Assembly: GCA_016192845.1 (NCBI GenBank)
Contig: JACPTI010000030.1
Coordinates: forward strand, 1,281-65,280
Direction: 5' to 3'
Length of the DNA: 64,000 nucleotides
From: Acidobacteriota bacterium
Lineage (GTDB): Bacteria; Acidobacteriota; Vicinamibacteria; Vicinamibacterales; UBA2999
Position 1 is the stretch's first letter, and each line of letters starts with the position of its first letter. A program made the translations under genes and the position numbers. Under the pieces are notes generated by a model. It did no database searches. It was not told the origin of the DNA and saw nothing but the letters and a program-made list of their open reading frames with translations. Below, piece after piece: positions 34,757-45,958 of the stretch.

Positions 34757-37700
34757 CTAGAACCCCGGCGTCAAACTGAACCCCCACACGAGCCGGCGGC
34801 CGGGCCGCTGGAACGGGTGGGCCATGTCGATCTGCGCCACCGCAAAGCCGAACAGGTTGATCCGGAACGTCACTCCCGCGCTCGACACCGGTGTGCGACC
34901 ACCGCCGGCGAGCGTGGGCCGATCGGCCGACGCCCAGGCGAGGCCGCCGTCGGCAAAGAGCGCCACCTCCGTCGGCAGCGGGCCGTACATCCCGCCGCCC
35001 GCGCCGAAGGGGCGCAGCAGCGGGAAGCGGAGCTCGAGATTGGCGACAAGCATCCGCGAGCCGAGCAGGCGATCGAACTCGACGCAGGAGCTGGTCGCCG
35101 TGGCCGTGCACTCGCCGGCATCGAACGAGCCGATCGCATAGCCACGCACGAGCTCGGGATAGCCCAGAAAGAGCGGCAGCAGGCGCCGGTCTTCGCCGCC
35201 CGATTCGTAGCGCCCGTAGTGGAGCACGCGGCCCGCGACCGTGTAGAACGGCACCGGCATCACGTACCGCCGGTAGTCGGCCAACGCGCCCAGATAGGAC
35301 AGCGTGCCGGCGGTGGGCGCCAGCTCGAGCCGCGAGCGGCTGCCGGCGACCGGGCTCGTCGCGCCGAAGACCGCGCTGTCGAAGACGAGGGCGGTGCTGG
35401 CGCTGCCGAGCTTCAACGAGTCGGCGAGTGCCGTATGCGTCCACTCGTCCAACAGGCGGCGCCCCGTCACGCGCGACCACGCCGTCGTGCGGACGTCCTG
35501 CTCGAACGAGACGTGTTGATAGGCCCCGGCGAACTCAACGCGGCGCGTCCGCGTCTGCGGGCGCGCGACCGTTGCGCCGACGGCGCGGAAGATCTGCCGC
35601 TGTACGACGGTCTGCTCGATGATGGCCGGCTGTCCCTCGGCGATCCCGACGCCCCTCAGGAAGCCACCTGCGATGTACGGCTGCTGCTCGACGCTGGCAC
35701 CCCAGTCCCAGCGGCGAGTGAGGTTCTGGTAGGCGACGAGTCCCGCCACGCCCTTGTAGAGATCCGAGAGACCCGTGCCGAAGGTGCTGGCGTCGACGGC
35801 GGCGGCCAGGTTGTGATCGCCGAGCATGTCGCTCCAGAGGAACGCAATACCGCCCCCGATCGTCGGGCCGAAGCGCCCGATACCCGCCGCCACGTACGGC
35901 TGGCCCACCCAGTCGAGCGTCAGGCGCGGCCGGTACGGGGCGGAGCCTACGGGCTCCGGGGGCAACCCACTCGTCGCGTCGTCGAGCAGCGCCGGCAGCT
36001 CGGCGGCCGTGCGCGTCTCGGGCGGCAGCGCCCCCATGAACGGGCCGGATCGGGGCGGCGGCGCCGGGGACCCGATCAACGCGGTCGGATCGGTCACGAC
36101 GTACATCGCGAGCTGTTCCTCGTCGTACGCGCTGAACGCCACGCGCCGGCTGTCGGCCGCAGTGGAAAGCGCCGGGCTGAGCGGCGTCACGCCCGTCACA
36201 CCGCCGTCGAGGTCGGTCACCCGGTGCAGCGCGCCCGTCGCCGTATCGATAGCGTAAATGTTCGTGACCCCGTCGCGGTTCGACAGGAAGTAGAGCCGCC
36301 GCCCGTCCGGCGCCCACTGCGGGTTGATGCTCTTGCCGGTGTCGAACGTCGGCAGCGCGTCGATCGAGCCCGTTTCGACATCGAACAGCGCCAGGCCCCA
36401 GGCGCCGCTGTCGAGCGCCGCGAGGTTCGTCGAGAACCGATCGGTGACGAACGCCAGACGCCGGCCGTCGGACGACCACGCCGGCTGCAGGTCGGCGTAC
36501 GCGTCGCTGGTGAGCTGTCGCAGCGTGTCGCGCGTGAGGTCGTAGACGAAGAGGTCGGAATAGCCGCCGCTCATGCCCGCAAAGGCGATCCGCTGCCCGT
36601 CGGGCGCCCACGCCGGATTGAGGATCTCACCAAGAGTGGGGAAGGAACGCTGCCGCGTCCGGCGGCCCGTCTCGACGTCGAAGATCACCAGCGCCGGCCG
36701 GCCGCTGCGGACCGCCGCCACGGCGAGCTCGTTGCCCGCCGGGCGCCAGGCGCCGGCCGAGCCGATGAACTGCAGGCTGCTGACGTGCGGGTCGATCGCC
36801 GTGTTCGTCAGACGACGGAGGATGCGGCCGGTGTCGGCGTCCGCGACGTACAGATCCACCGACAGGAGATTGCGTTCCGAGAAGAACGCAATCCGCCGTC
36901 CGTCTGGACTGAGCGCCGGCGAGGCGTGGAGCGGCCGGTTCGTCCTGGTGCGCCGGGCGAGCGCGTGTCCGTACGCTGTCGGGCGCTCGGCCGTGGTGAA
37001 GATCCCCTCGTAGTGCGCTGCGATCGCCTCGTGCCAGGCGCGCGACAGCGCCCTGGGGTCGAGCCCGGTCACGCGTTCGAGGGCGCCGTACGGCCCGATC
37101 TGCAGCGCCGCCTCGAAGACGTCGCGCACGACCCGGTCGCCCCAACGCCCGGCGACGTACGCCCACAGCGCATGCCCCCAGCGGTACGGGAAGTAGCGCG
37201 GGTGCCCCAGCTTCTGGATCTCGGGGAGCTCTTTCTGGCGGGCGGCATCGCGCAGCCACATCGCCGTGTGCGGATCGACCGGGCCGATGGAGAGGTACTC
37301 GGCCATCCCTTCCACGAGCCACAGCGGAAGCCGATTCAGCGACGAGCCTCCAGGCTGATCCTTGTCGTCCCGGCGCGCGAGGTCGTACTGGAAGGCGTGC
37401 ACCAGCTCATGGCCGAGCACGTGATGGGTTTCCGCCAGCGCCCCTGTGAGCGGCAGGACGATGCGATGCTTCAGGCCTTCGGTCACCCCGCCGGTGCCCT
37501 CGCCGATCTCGCCCGACACGACGTTGGTCTGCTCGAAATCGGGGTGCGACGCGTAGAGCACGATCGGCTGCCGGCGCTGGAGCGAGTGCTGCAGCACCGC
37601 GGCGAGGCGCGCGTGCCAGCGCTCGGCCATCCGCGCCACGTCGCCGGCCGCGGCGCGCTCTTCGGGGTAGAAGTAGACGTCGAAGTGTTCGGTCTGCAGG

Positions 37701-37831
37701 ATCTCGAACCGGAACTCGCGGTGCTGAACCTTGTTGCGTCCGAAGTACTGCGCCTCGGCGGCCGACGCGATCGCCAGCGCGACCGCAACGATACCGAACC
37801 CCCGCGCGGCACGGCCGGATGGCCGCGGCAT
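34757..37831 (-). CDS. large outer-membrane protein: HExxH peptidase-like domain + PD40/TolB-like beta-propeller repeats + Omp85-type beta-barrel
   Basis: Signal peptide. HVLGHELVHAFQ...EGMAEY. Repeated SPDGRRIAF/APDGQRIAF/SSDGRRLAF/APDGRRLYF blades. The C-terminus ...LELRFPL...FGFAVAQIDMAHPF...WGFSLTPGF is like bacterial surface antigen barrels. Confidence 0.8.
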   Translation of the reverse strand: MPRPSGRAARGFGIVAVALAIASAAEAQYFGRNKVQHREFRFEILQTEHFDVYFYPEERAAAGDVARMAERWHARLAAVLQHSLQRRQPIVLYASHPDFEQTNVVSGEIGEGTGGVTEGLKHRIVLPLTGALAETHHVLGHELVHAFQYDLARRDDKDQPGGSSLNRLPLWLVEGMAEYLSIGPVDPHTAMWLRDAARQKELPEIQKLGHPRYFPYRWGHALWAYVAGRWGDRVVRDVFEAALQIGPYGALERVTGLDPRALSRAWHEAIAAHYEGIFTTAERPTAYGHALARRTRTNRPLHASPALSPDGRRIAFFSERNLLSVDLYVADADTGRILRRLTNTAIDPHVSSLQFIGSAGAWRPAGNELAVAAVRSGRPALVIFDVETGRRTRQRSFPTLGEILNPAWAPDGQRIAFAGMSGGYSDLFVYDLTRDTLRQLTSDAYADLQPAWSSDGRRLAFVTDRFSTNLAALDSGAWGLALFDVETGSIDALPTFDTGKSINPQWAPDGRRLYFLSNRDGVTNIYAIDTATGALHRVTDLDGGVTGVTPLSPALSTAADSRRVAFSAYDEEQLAMYVVTDPTALIGSPAPPPRSGPFMGALPPETRTAAELPALLDDATSGLPPEPVGSAPYRPRLTLDWVGQPYVAAGIGRFGPTIGGGIAFLWSDMLGDHNLAAAVDASTFGTGLSDLYKGVAGLVAYQNLTRRWDWGASVEQQPYIAGGFLRGVGIAEGQPAIIEQTVVQRQIFRAVGATVARPQTRTRRVEFAGAYQHVSFEQDVRTTAWSRVTGRRLLDEWTHTALADSLKLGSASTALVFDSAVFGATSPVAGSRSRLELAPTAGTLSYLGALADYRRYVMPVPFYTVAGRVLHYGRYESGGEDRRLLPLFLGYPELVRGYAIGSFDAGECTATATSSCVEFDRLLGSRMLVANLELRFPLLRPFGAGGGMYGPLPTEVALFADGGLAWASADRPTLAGGGRTPVSSAGVTFRINLFGFAVAQIDMAHPFQRPGRRLVWGFSLTPGF

Positions 37832-37917
37832 CGCGCACCTCCTCGCAGGCGGCGCTCGCGCCGCCCGTCACAGTAGATGCAAGCTAACTTCGCGCCAATG
37901 GCCGCCGCGCTGCACGG

Positions 37918-37975
37918 CCGCGAAGAATACGCGCGTGCCGCGAAGAATTTCGCGCCCGCGCGGAGATTCCGCGCG
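37918..37975. promoter_or_regulatory. cluster of direct and inverted repeats in a divergent promoter region
   Basis: CCGCGAAGAAT occurs at 37918-28 and 37938-48 (20-nt phasing). Also CGCGAAgaatTTCGCG, and CGCGCGGA-gat-TCCGCGCG at 37957-75. Confidence 0.4.
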
Positions 37976-38023
37976 CCTCGCGCGCCGCTTCGGCTGGCAC
38001 GGCACGTGCGTCTCGGCTCGGCG

Positions 38024-38914
38024 ATGCTCCAGATCGCACAGGTCCTCTGCCCGGTGGATTTTTCGGACTTTTCGCGTCGTTCGCTGGACCACGCGTCGGC
38101 CCTCGCCCGATGGTACGGAGCGCGGCTCACGCTGCTGCACGTCTTCGTCAACCGCCCGGCCGTCGATCTGCCGCCCACGCCGATGACCGATGGCGAACGC
38201 CAGCGGCTTACCTCCGACCTGCGCCGCCTGGCAGCGCACGTCCCGTTCGAGGTGCCGCTCGACCTTCGGGTCACCGAGGCGGGCGACATCCATCGTGAGA
38301 TCCTCATCCAGGCCGAGATGGTGTCGGCCGATCTGATCGTGCTCGGCACGCACGGCCGATCGGGCTTCGAGCGCCTGGTGCTCGGGTCGGTCGCCGAGCG
38401 CGTGGTCCGCAAGGCGCCGTGCCCGACGATGGTCGTCCCGCGGCAGGCGCTCGACACGGCGCCGGACGAACCGGTGCGCTTCCGGCGCGTCGTGTGCCCG
38501 GTCGATTTTTCAGACGCATCGGTCCGCGCCGTGCAGTACGCGAGGAGTCTCGCCGAAGAGGCGCGGGCGCAGCTCATCCTGCTGCACGTGCTCGACGTGC
38601 CGCCCGAGATCCTGGCGCACCCGATGTCGGCCGGCTTCGACGTCGACCGGATCCGCGCCGATGCCGTGGCCGAGGCCGAGCGGCATCTGCAGGCGCTGGT
38701 ACCCGAGCCGCGGCCGCACTGCGTCGTGAAGCCCGTCGTCCGCGAGGGCGCGGTGTATCGCGAGATTCTCGTCGTTGCCGCCGAGCGGGCGGCCGATCTG
38801 ATCGTGATGGGCGTGCAGGGACGCGGCGCGGTGGACCTGATGGTGTTCGGGTCGAACACGGCGCGGGTGATGCGCGCCGCGGCCTGCCCGGTGCTCGTCC
38901 TGCCGCCGGCGTGA
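38024..38914 (+). CDS. tandem-domain universal stress protein
   Basis: Two Usp repeats (VLCPVDFSD...[11 protein letters not shown]...[18 protein letters not shown], and VVCPVDFSD...[10 protein letters not shown]...[18 protein letters not shown]). Confidence 0.9.
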   Translation: MLQIAQVLCPVDFSDFSRRSLDHASALARWYGARLTLLHVFVNRPAVDLPPTPMTDGERQRLTSDLRRLAAHVPFEVPLDLRVTEAGDIHREILIQAEMVSADLIVLGTHGRSGFERLVLGSVAERVVRKAPCPTMVVPRQALDTAPDEPVRFRRVVCPVDFSDASVRAVQYARSLAEEARAQLILLHVLDVPPEILAHPMSAGFDVDRIRADAVAEAERHLQALVPEPRPHCVVKPVVREGAVYREILVVAAERAADLIVMGVQGRGAVDLMVFGSNTARVMRAAACPVLVLPPA

Positions 38915-38928
38915 GAGAGGGCGCTCCC

Positions 38929-40098
<1,170 letters not shown>

Positions 40099-40110
40099 GG
40101 AGGTGAGACC

Positions 40111-41076
40111 GTGCCGATGACATCCACCGCCGCGCCGCCGCGGGACGCCTGCGCGACGCTGCGGGGCCGTGACCTGCTGTCGATCCGGGATCTGACCCGC
40201 GAGGAGCTGGTCGGCCTCATGACGCTGGCGGTGGACGTCCGGCGCGAGCCCTCGCGCTACGCAGGCGCGCTCCGCGGCAAGACGCTCGCGACGATCTTCG
40301 AGAAGCCGTCGCTCAGAACACGCGTCTCCTTCCACGTGGCGGCGCATCAGCTGGGCGGGCACGCCCTCGATCTCGCGCCGCAGGAAATCGGTCTGGGCGT
40401 ACGCGAGCCGATCGCGGACGTGGCGCGCACGCTCGAGCGCATGGTGAGCGGCATCATGATCCGCACCTTCGCCCACGACCTCGTCGTCCAGCTCGCCGCG
40501 GCGGCCACGATTCCCGTCGTCAACGGCCTGACCGATTTCAGCCATCCCTGCCAGGCGCTCGCCGACTACCTGACGATGCTGGAGGTGAAGGGGCGGCTGA
40601 AGGGGCTGCGGCTGGCGTTCGTCGGCGACGGCAACAACGTGGCGAATTCGCTGATCTTCGGCGCCGCCCTGCTGGGGGTGGACATGAGGATCGCCGCGCC
40701 GACCGGCTACGAGCCGGCGCCGGGCGTGCTCGCGTGGGCGCGACGCCATCAGACGGCGAACGGTATCGCCTGCCGCGTCGTGCGGTCGCCCGAAGAGGCG
40801 GTGGACGGCGCCGACGTCGTCTATACGGACACGTGGGTCAGCATGGGCCAGGAGGCGGAGGCGGAGGAGCGGCGGCGGGCGTTCGCTGGCTATCAGGTCA
40901 CGGAAGCGCTGTTCGACCTGGCGGCGCCGGGTGCGATCTTCATGCACTGCCTCCCGGCGCGCCGCGGCGAGGAGGTGGCGGCCGGGGTGATCGACTCGCC
41001 GCAGTCGGTGGTGTTCCAGCAGGCGGAGAACCGCCTGCACAGCGAAAAGGCGCTGCTCGTCGCCTTGATGGGGTGA
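40111..41076 (+). CDS. argF: ornithine carbamoyltransferase
   Basis: FEKPSLRTRVSF, HPCQALAD and FMHCLPARRGEEV motifs. A catabolic (arcB-like) role is possible given the adjacent carbamate kinase. Confidence 0.9.
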   Translation: MPMTSTAAPPRDACATLRGRDLLSIRDLTREELVGLMTLAVDVRREPSRYAGALRGKTLATIFEKPSLRTRVSFHVAAHQLGGHALDLAPQEIGLGVREPIADVARTLERMVSGIMIRTFAHDLVVQLAAAATIPVVNGLTDFSHPCQALADYLTMLEVKGRLKGLRLAFVGDGNNVANSLIFGAALLGVDMRIAAPTGYEPAPGVLAWARRHQTANGIACRVVRSPEEAVDGADVVYTDTWVSMGQEAEAEERRRAFAGYQVTEALFDLAAPGAIFMHCLPARRGEEVAAGVIDSPQSVVFQQAENRLHSEKALLVALMG

Positions 41077-41077
41077 G

Positions 41078-42001
41078 ATGCGGACGGTGCTCGTTGCGGT
41101 CGGCGGCCACGCGCTCATCCACGCGGATGGCCCGGCACGCGTCGATGTCGAGCGCTTGCGCCTCGCCGAGACATGCCGCGCGCTCGCCGGCGTGGCCCCA
41201 GCCGGCTGGCGCCTGCTCGTCACGCACGGCAACGGCCCCCAGGTCGGGGCCGCGCTCCGCCGGATGGAGTTGGCGCGCGCCGAAGTGTACCCGCTGCCGC
41301 TCGACCTCTGCGTCGCGGGCACGCAAGGCGAGATCGGCCTGCTGCTGCAGCAGGAGCTCGACGCGGCGCTGGCGGCCCGCGGCGTCGTCGCGCCGGTTGC
41401 CGCGCTGGTCACGCAGGTGGTGGTGGCGCGCCGCGACCGGGCGTTCCGGTATCCGACCAAGCCGATCGGCCTGCCCGGCTTCCAACGCGTGGTGCCGTCG
41501 CCGGAGCCGCTCGACATCGTGGAGGAACCGGTCATCCGGGCGCTCCTCGACGCGGGCGTCGTCGTGATTGCGCTCGGCGGAGGCGGGGTACCGGTCGTCC
41601 GCAGCGGCGCGCGCTACGAGGGGGTCGAGGCGGTCGTCGACAAGGACCTCGCCTCGTCGCTGCTGGCGGTTCGCCTCGGCGTCGATCTGTTCGTGATGTT
41701 GACCGACGTGGACGGGATCTACCTGAATTTCGCGACGCCCGCCGCGCGGCGGCTCGGCGACGTCACCGCGGGCGAGCTGCGCCGGCACGCAGCCGAGGGG
41801 CACTTTCCGCCCGGGACGATGGGGCCGAAGGTCGAGGCGGCGCTGCGATTCGTGACCGCCACGGGCGGCGAGGCGATCGTGACCTCGCCCGACCGGCTCC
41901 TTGCGGCGCTCGGCGGAGAAGCTGGTACCCACGTGTTCCACGAAACCGGTTCCGACCTCCCGTGGCGGCGCGCGGAGGTGAGCGGCGCGCCGGGTGTGTG
42001 A
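41078..42001 (+). CDS. arcC: carbamate kinase (short form)
   Basis: [40 protein letters not shown] and MLTDVDG motifs. The segment between KPIG and RVVPSP is only 5 residues. Confidence 0.8.
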   Translation: MRTVLVAVGGHALIHADGPARVDVERLRLAETCRALAGVAPAGWRLLVTHGNGPQVGAALRRMELARAEVYPLPLDLCVAGTQGEIGLLLQQELDAALAARGVVAPVAALVTQVVVARRDRAFRYPTKPIGLPGFQRVVPSPEPLDIVEEPVIRALLDAGVVVIALGGGGVPVVRSGARYEGVEAVVDKDLASSLLAVRLGVDLFVMLTDVDGIYLNFATPAARRLGDVTAGELRRHAAEGHFPPGTMGPKVEAALRFVTATGGEAIVTSPDRLLAALGGEAGTHVFHETGSDLPWRRAEVSGAPGV

Positions 42002-42009
42002 GGGTCGTC

Positions 42010-43215
42010 ATGGTCGTCAGGGAGTTCGTCGATCTCGAAGAGCAGTACGGGGCCCGCAACTACGAGCCGCTCGATGTGGTGCTCGAGCGCGGTGAGGGAG
42101 CGTGGGTCTGGGACATCTACGGCCGCCGGTACCTCGACTGCCTGGCGGGTTACTCGGCCGTCAGTCAGGGACACTGTCACCCCCGTATTCTCGATGCGGC
42201 CATCGCTCAGGCGCGGCGCCTCACGATGACCTCGCGCGCCTTCAGGAACGACCAGCTGCCGCTGCTCTACGAGCAGCTTCACGAGCTGACCGGCATGGAG
42301 ATGGCGCTCCTGATGAACTCGGGGGCCGAGGCGGTGGAGACCGCCATCAAGGCGGCGCGGAAGTGGGGGTACACGGTCAAGGGAATTCCGCCTGGCCAGG
42401 CGGAGGTGATCGCGTGCGCGAACAACTTCCACGGCCGGACGCTCACGCTCGTCAGCTTCTCGACCGTGCCGCAGTATCGTGACGGCTTCGCGCCGTTTAC
42501 CCCGGGCTTCCGCATCGTGCCGTTCGGCGACGCCGACGCGCTCGAAGAGGCGATCGGGCCGAACACCTGTGCGTTCCTGGTGGAGCCGATCCAGGGCGAG
42601 GCGGGCGTCGTCATTCCTCCCGCCGGCTATCTCACCGAGGTGGCGCGGATCTGCCGGCGGCGCGCCGTGCTGTTCATGGCCGACGAGATCCAGTCGGGCC
42701 TTGGCCGCACCGGGAAGCTCTTTGCGTACATGCACGACGAGGACGCGCGGCCGGACGTGCTGATTATTGGCAAGGCGCTCTCGGGCGGCTTCTATCCCGT
42801 GTCGGCCGTGCTCTCGTCGCGCGAGGTGCTGGGCGTCTTCGGTCCCGGCGACCACGGCAGCACGTTCGGCGGCAATCCGCTCGCGTGCGCCGTCGCGCGC
42901 GCTGCGCTCGACGTCATTGAGGACGAGAAGCTGCCGCGGCGCGCCGAGCAGCTCGGCACGTACTTCCTCGCCCATCTTGAGGCGATCCGCGCGCCAATCG
43001 TGCGCGACCTGCGGGGCCGCGGCCTCTGGATCGGCATCGAGCTGAATCGGCCGGCCCGGCCGGTGTGCGAGGCGCTCGCCGAGCGCGGGCTGCTGTGCAA
43101 GGAGACGCACGAGCGCGTGATCCGGCTGTCGCCGCCGCTGGTGATCACCAGCGAGCAGATCGACTGGGCTGTGGAGCGACTCGACGAGGTGTTATGGACC
43201 GCATCCGTACATTGA
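42010..43215 (+). CDS. rocD: ornithine--oxo-acid aminotransferase
   Basis: Class III aminotransferase; [34 protein letters not shown] and GKALSGG (PLP Lys) are typical of OAT. Confidence 0.85.
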   Translation: MVVREFVDLEEQYGARNYEPLDVVLERGEGAWVWDIYGRRYLDCLAGYSAVSQGHCHPRILDAAIAQARRLTMTSRAFRNDQLPLLYEQLHELTGMEMALLMNSGAEAVETAIKAARKWGYTVKGIPPGQAEVIACANNFHGRTLTLVSFSTVPQYRDGFAPFTPGFRIVPFGDADALEEAIGPNTCAFLVEPIQGEAGVVIPPAGYLTEVARICRRRAVLFMADEIQSGLGRTGKLFAYMHDEDARPDVLIIGKALSGGFYPVSAVLSSREVLGVFGPGDHGSTFGGNPLACAVARAALDVIEDEKLPRRAEQLGTYFLAHLEAIRAPIVRDLRGRGLWIGIELNRPARPVCEALAERGLLCKETHERVIRLSPPLVITSEQIDWAVERLDEVLWTASVH

Positions 43216-44546
43216 TCCTCGGCGCCGCAGGGCGCGACTTCCACAACTTCAACGTCGTCTATCGCGACGACACCCGCTACGACGTCGTCGGGTTCACGGC
43301 GGCACAGATCCCGAACATCGCCGGCCGGCGCTATCCGCCGGCGCTGGCCGGGCCGCTCTACCCGAACGGCATTCCGATCTTCCCGGAGGAGCAATTGCCG
43401 GCGCTCATCAATCGGCTCGAGGCGCGGCAAGTGGTCTTCTCGTACAGCGACGTCTCGTACCCGTACGTGATGCACCGGGCGGCCATCGCCAACGCCGCCG
43501 GCGCCGACTTCGTGCTGCTCGGACCGCGCGCCACGATGCTCGAGAGCCCGGTGCCGGTGGTCGCGGTCTGCGCGGTCCGGACCGGCGCCGGGAAGAGCCA
43601 GACGAGCCGGGCGATCGTGCGGCTGCTGCGGGAGCGCGACCTGCGGGTCGCCGTGGTGCGCCATCCGATGCCGTACGGCGACCTGGCCGCGCAGCGCGTC
43701 CAGCGGTTTGCCAGGCTGGCCGACCTCGAGCGCCAGCGCTGCACGATCGAGGAGATGGAGGAGTACGAGCCGCACCTCGTGAACGGCTCCGTCGTCTATG
43801 CCGGGGTCGACTATGCGGACATCCTCGCGGCGGCGGCCGCCGAAGCGGACGTGATTCTGTGGGACGGCGGGAACAACGATCTGCCGTTCTACCGGCCGGC
43901 GCTGCACGTGGTGGTGGCCGACCCGCTGCGGCTCGGCAACGAGCTCTCGTACCATCCCGGCGAAGCGAACCTCCGGATGGCCGACGTCGTCGTCATCAAC
44001 AAGGTGGACACCGCGGACCTGGCGGCCACCGAGCAGCTGCGCGACCACGTGCGCACGGCCAATCCCCGGGCGCGGATCGTCGACGCGGCCTCGCCGGTCG
44101 CGGCCGATCGCCCGGACCTCATCAGCGGGCGGAAGGTGCTCGTCGTGGAGGACGGGCCGACGCTCACGCACGGCGAGATGCGGTTCGGCGCGGGGATGGT
44201 CGTGGCGCGGAAGTTCGGCGCGGCGGAGATCGTCGACCCGCGGCCGTTTGCCGTCGGGAGCATCGCAGAGACGTACCGGGTCTATCCCGCCATCGGCGCG
44301 GTGCTGCCGGCGATGGGCTACGGCGCGGCGCAGATGCGCGAGCTCGAAGCGACGATCGCGAAGGTGCCGTGCGACACGGTTATCGTCGGCACACCAATCG
44401 ACCTGAGCCGACTGCTGACGATCCGGCAGCCGATCGTGCGCGCGCGGTACGAGCTGCAGGAGATCGGACGGCCCGACCTGCGCGACGTGCTGGTGCCCTT
44501 CCTCCAGCGGCTCGAGCCCGCCCCGCGCATTGCGTCCGCAGGCTAG
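43194..44546 (+). CDS. predicted P-loop GTPase (COG2403 / cyclic-2,3-diphosphoglycerate-synthetase-like family)
   Basis: ATG 43194 overlaps the rocD end. Walker [20 protein letters not shown] and INKVD (NKxD) motifs. Confidence 0.6.
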   Translation: MDRIRTLILGAAGRDFHNFNVVYRDDTRYDVVGFTAAQIPNIAGRRYPPALAGPLYPNGIPIFPEEQLPALINRLEARQVVFSYSDVSYPYVMHRAAIANAAGADFVLLGPRATMLESPVPVVAVCAVRTGAGKSQTSRAIVRLLRERDLRVAVVRHPMPYGDLAAQRVQRFARLADLERQRCTIEEMEEYEPHLVNGSVVYAGVDYADILAAAAAEADVILWDGGNNDLPFYRPALHVVVADPLRLGNELSYHPGEANLRMADVVVINKVDTADLAATEQLRDHVRTANPRARIVDAASPVAADRPDLISGRKVLVVEDGPTLTHGEMRFGAGMVVARKFGAAEIVDPRPFAVGSIAETYRVYPAIGAVLPAMGYGAAQMRELEATIAKVPCDTVIVGTPIDLSRLLTIRQPIVRARYELQEIGRPDLRDVLVPFLQRLEPAPRIASAG

Positions 44547-44551
44547 CTGGT

Positions 44552-44656
44552 GCTGATAACGTGGTGAGCTACGGCGAGGAGAAGCCGGTGGCGCCGAACC
44601 AGACGCGCGACGGACGCGCGCAGAACCGGCGCATCGTCATCCGCGTGCTGTCGTAG
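44552..44656 (+). pseudogene. OmpA-like domain, last ~34 codons only
   Basis: ADNVVSYGEEKPVAPNQTRDGRAQNRRIVIRVLS-stop is the canonical OmpA_C tail (GyGe..P.a.N.t..gRa.NRRv). Nothing OmpA-like lies upstream. Confidence 0.65.
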
Positions 44657-44690
44657 ACGACGAATCCGTCGCGCGGATTCGGAGGCGCCG

Positions 44691-45326
44691 ATGAGGAATC
44701 ACAGACTCGACTGTGCGTGCATCGCGCTTGCGGCGATGCTCGTGGTCGTGCCTCCGGTCCGGGGTCAGACTGCCGGTGAAAACGACTGGCGGCAGGGCAC
44801 GACACTGGCCGGATTCATCGGGGCGGCGTCGCCGTCGGGCAGCACGGACGCGGCCTGGGGCGCCTCGATCGGGTGGGAGGTCACGCCCCGGTTCGGCATC
44901 GACGCACGCGGCACGTGGCTCGGCGCGAACCAGGACGCGAGCGCGTTTGCGGCGGCGATCGGCGCGCACCTCGCCCTCGACTCGGAGCGTCCGATGGTGC
45001 CTTTCGTGTCGGCCGGTGCCGGGCTCTACCGCGCAATGTTCGAGGCGCCGCTCAGCCGCGTGCCGGCCTTCTATCGCCGGCGCATCGTGGCCGGAAGCGA
45101 CCTCGTCAGCCGCACCTTTGACGATTTTGCGGTCGTGTTCGGCGGGGGAGCGGAGGTGTTCCTCTCACGGCATGTCGCGTTGCGTCCGGAGCTCACCGTG
45201 CTGCTGGTGACGACGCGATCCGACGTCCGGGCGGTGCCGGTCTACGGCATTCACCTCGGCTACCACTTCGAGGAGCACCCGATCACGCCGGCGCCTACGT
45301 GGTCCGGCGGGCGAACGGTGCGGTGA
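44691..45326 (+). CDS. small outer-membrane beta-barrel protein
   Basis: Signal peptide ...VVPPVRGQ, alternating strands, ...GIHLGYHF near the end. Confidence 0.7.
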   Translation: MRNHRLDCACIALAAMLVVVPPVRGQTAGENDWRQGTTLAGFIGAASPSGSTDAAWGASIGWEVTPRFGIDARGTWLGANQDASAFAAAIGAHLALDSERPMVPFVSAGAGLYRAMFEAPLSRVPAFYRRRIVAGSDLVSRTFDDFAVVFGGGAEVFLSRHVALRPELTVLLVTTRSDVRAVPVYGIHLGYHFEEHPITPAPTWSGGRTVR

Positions 45327-45738
45327 TCCGCAGCAGCCCGTTCCGGTACTGTGCGCGCGTATGCGCGGGGTCGACCGGGTGCGCGAAGTGGTACGACCGG
45401 AAGAGCGACCCGGTGGCGAATTCGCACAACAGCGCATCGCCGGTGTGTTCGTGGCGGTGGTGCACGTTCGCCTCGATCACGACGTCGTGCGGCGCCATGC
45501 GGATGTGAAGGTCCCCCGGCTCGACGCCGGCGACGGCGGCCTCGACAACGTAGCCGTTGTCGTGCTCTTGGACCTCGATGGCCGGGCGCCAGAAGGTCTC
45601 GCGCTCGGCGGCGAGCCAGTCATCGAGCGCGTTCTGTCCGCCGTGGTCGTGCAGTTCCTCGGCGCGCGCCGCGATTTGCCGCTCCCTCGCCTCGATCTCG
45701 CCGGCCACGCTGTCGACGCAATAGACTGAGATTTTCAT
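45295..45738 (-). CDS. Hsp20/alpha-crystallin-domain protein with DUF2934-like N-terminus
   Basis: AGGAGA upstream of ATG 45738. ...ALDDWLAAE... is followed by an alpha-crystallin domain (YVVEAAVAGVEPGDLHIRM...NGLLRITAP). Confidence 0.7.
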   Translation of the reverse strand: MKISVYCVDSVAGEIEARERQIAARAEELHDHGGQNALDDWLAAERETFWRPAIEVQEHDNGYVVEAAVAGVEPGDLHIRMAPHDVVIEANVHHRHEHTGDALLCEFATGSLFRSYHFAHPVDPAHTRAQYRNGLLRITAPFARRTT

Positions 45739-45958
45739 GGTCGTCTCCTGCGGCAAATTCCACGGCTGCGGGCCAAAAATCCGCGCTCGCCTAGGCGCGG
45801 CTCACCTTCGAGACCCAGCGGCAGTTCGCCGCCGTGTGCGCGATAGGCAAGCTCACGCCCATACACGCCTGCGTAGAGAGGCTGCAACTCTGGCACCAAC
45901 TCGCCCTGATGTCGGGCGGGGGCACAGCTGTTGCGTGAATGCCTGGGGGCCCGGGAGC

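Noticed and set aside
37995-38009. Sigma-54-like TGGCAC-N5-GTGC upstream of the USP gene.
   Set aside because: The -12 element is GTGC, not TTGC. The implied start site would lie about 4 nt from the ATG, leaving no leader. A chance match is plausible in GC-rich DNA.
45781-45800. CCGCGCTCGCCTAGGCGCGG (with AAT just upstream at 45778-45780) resembles the arms of the three-way-junction element (AATCCGCGCT / CCTAGCGCGG).
   Set aside because: Only a ~10-nt identity. I estimate such a match occurs by chance fairly often in 128 kb of GC-rich two-strand sequence, which is insufficient to call a second copy.
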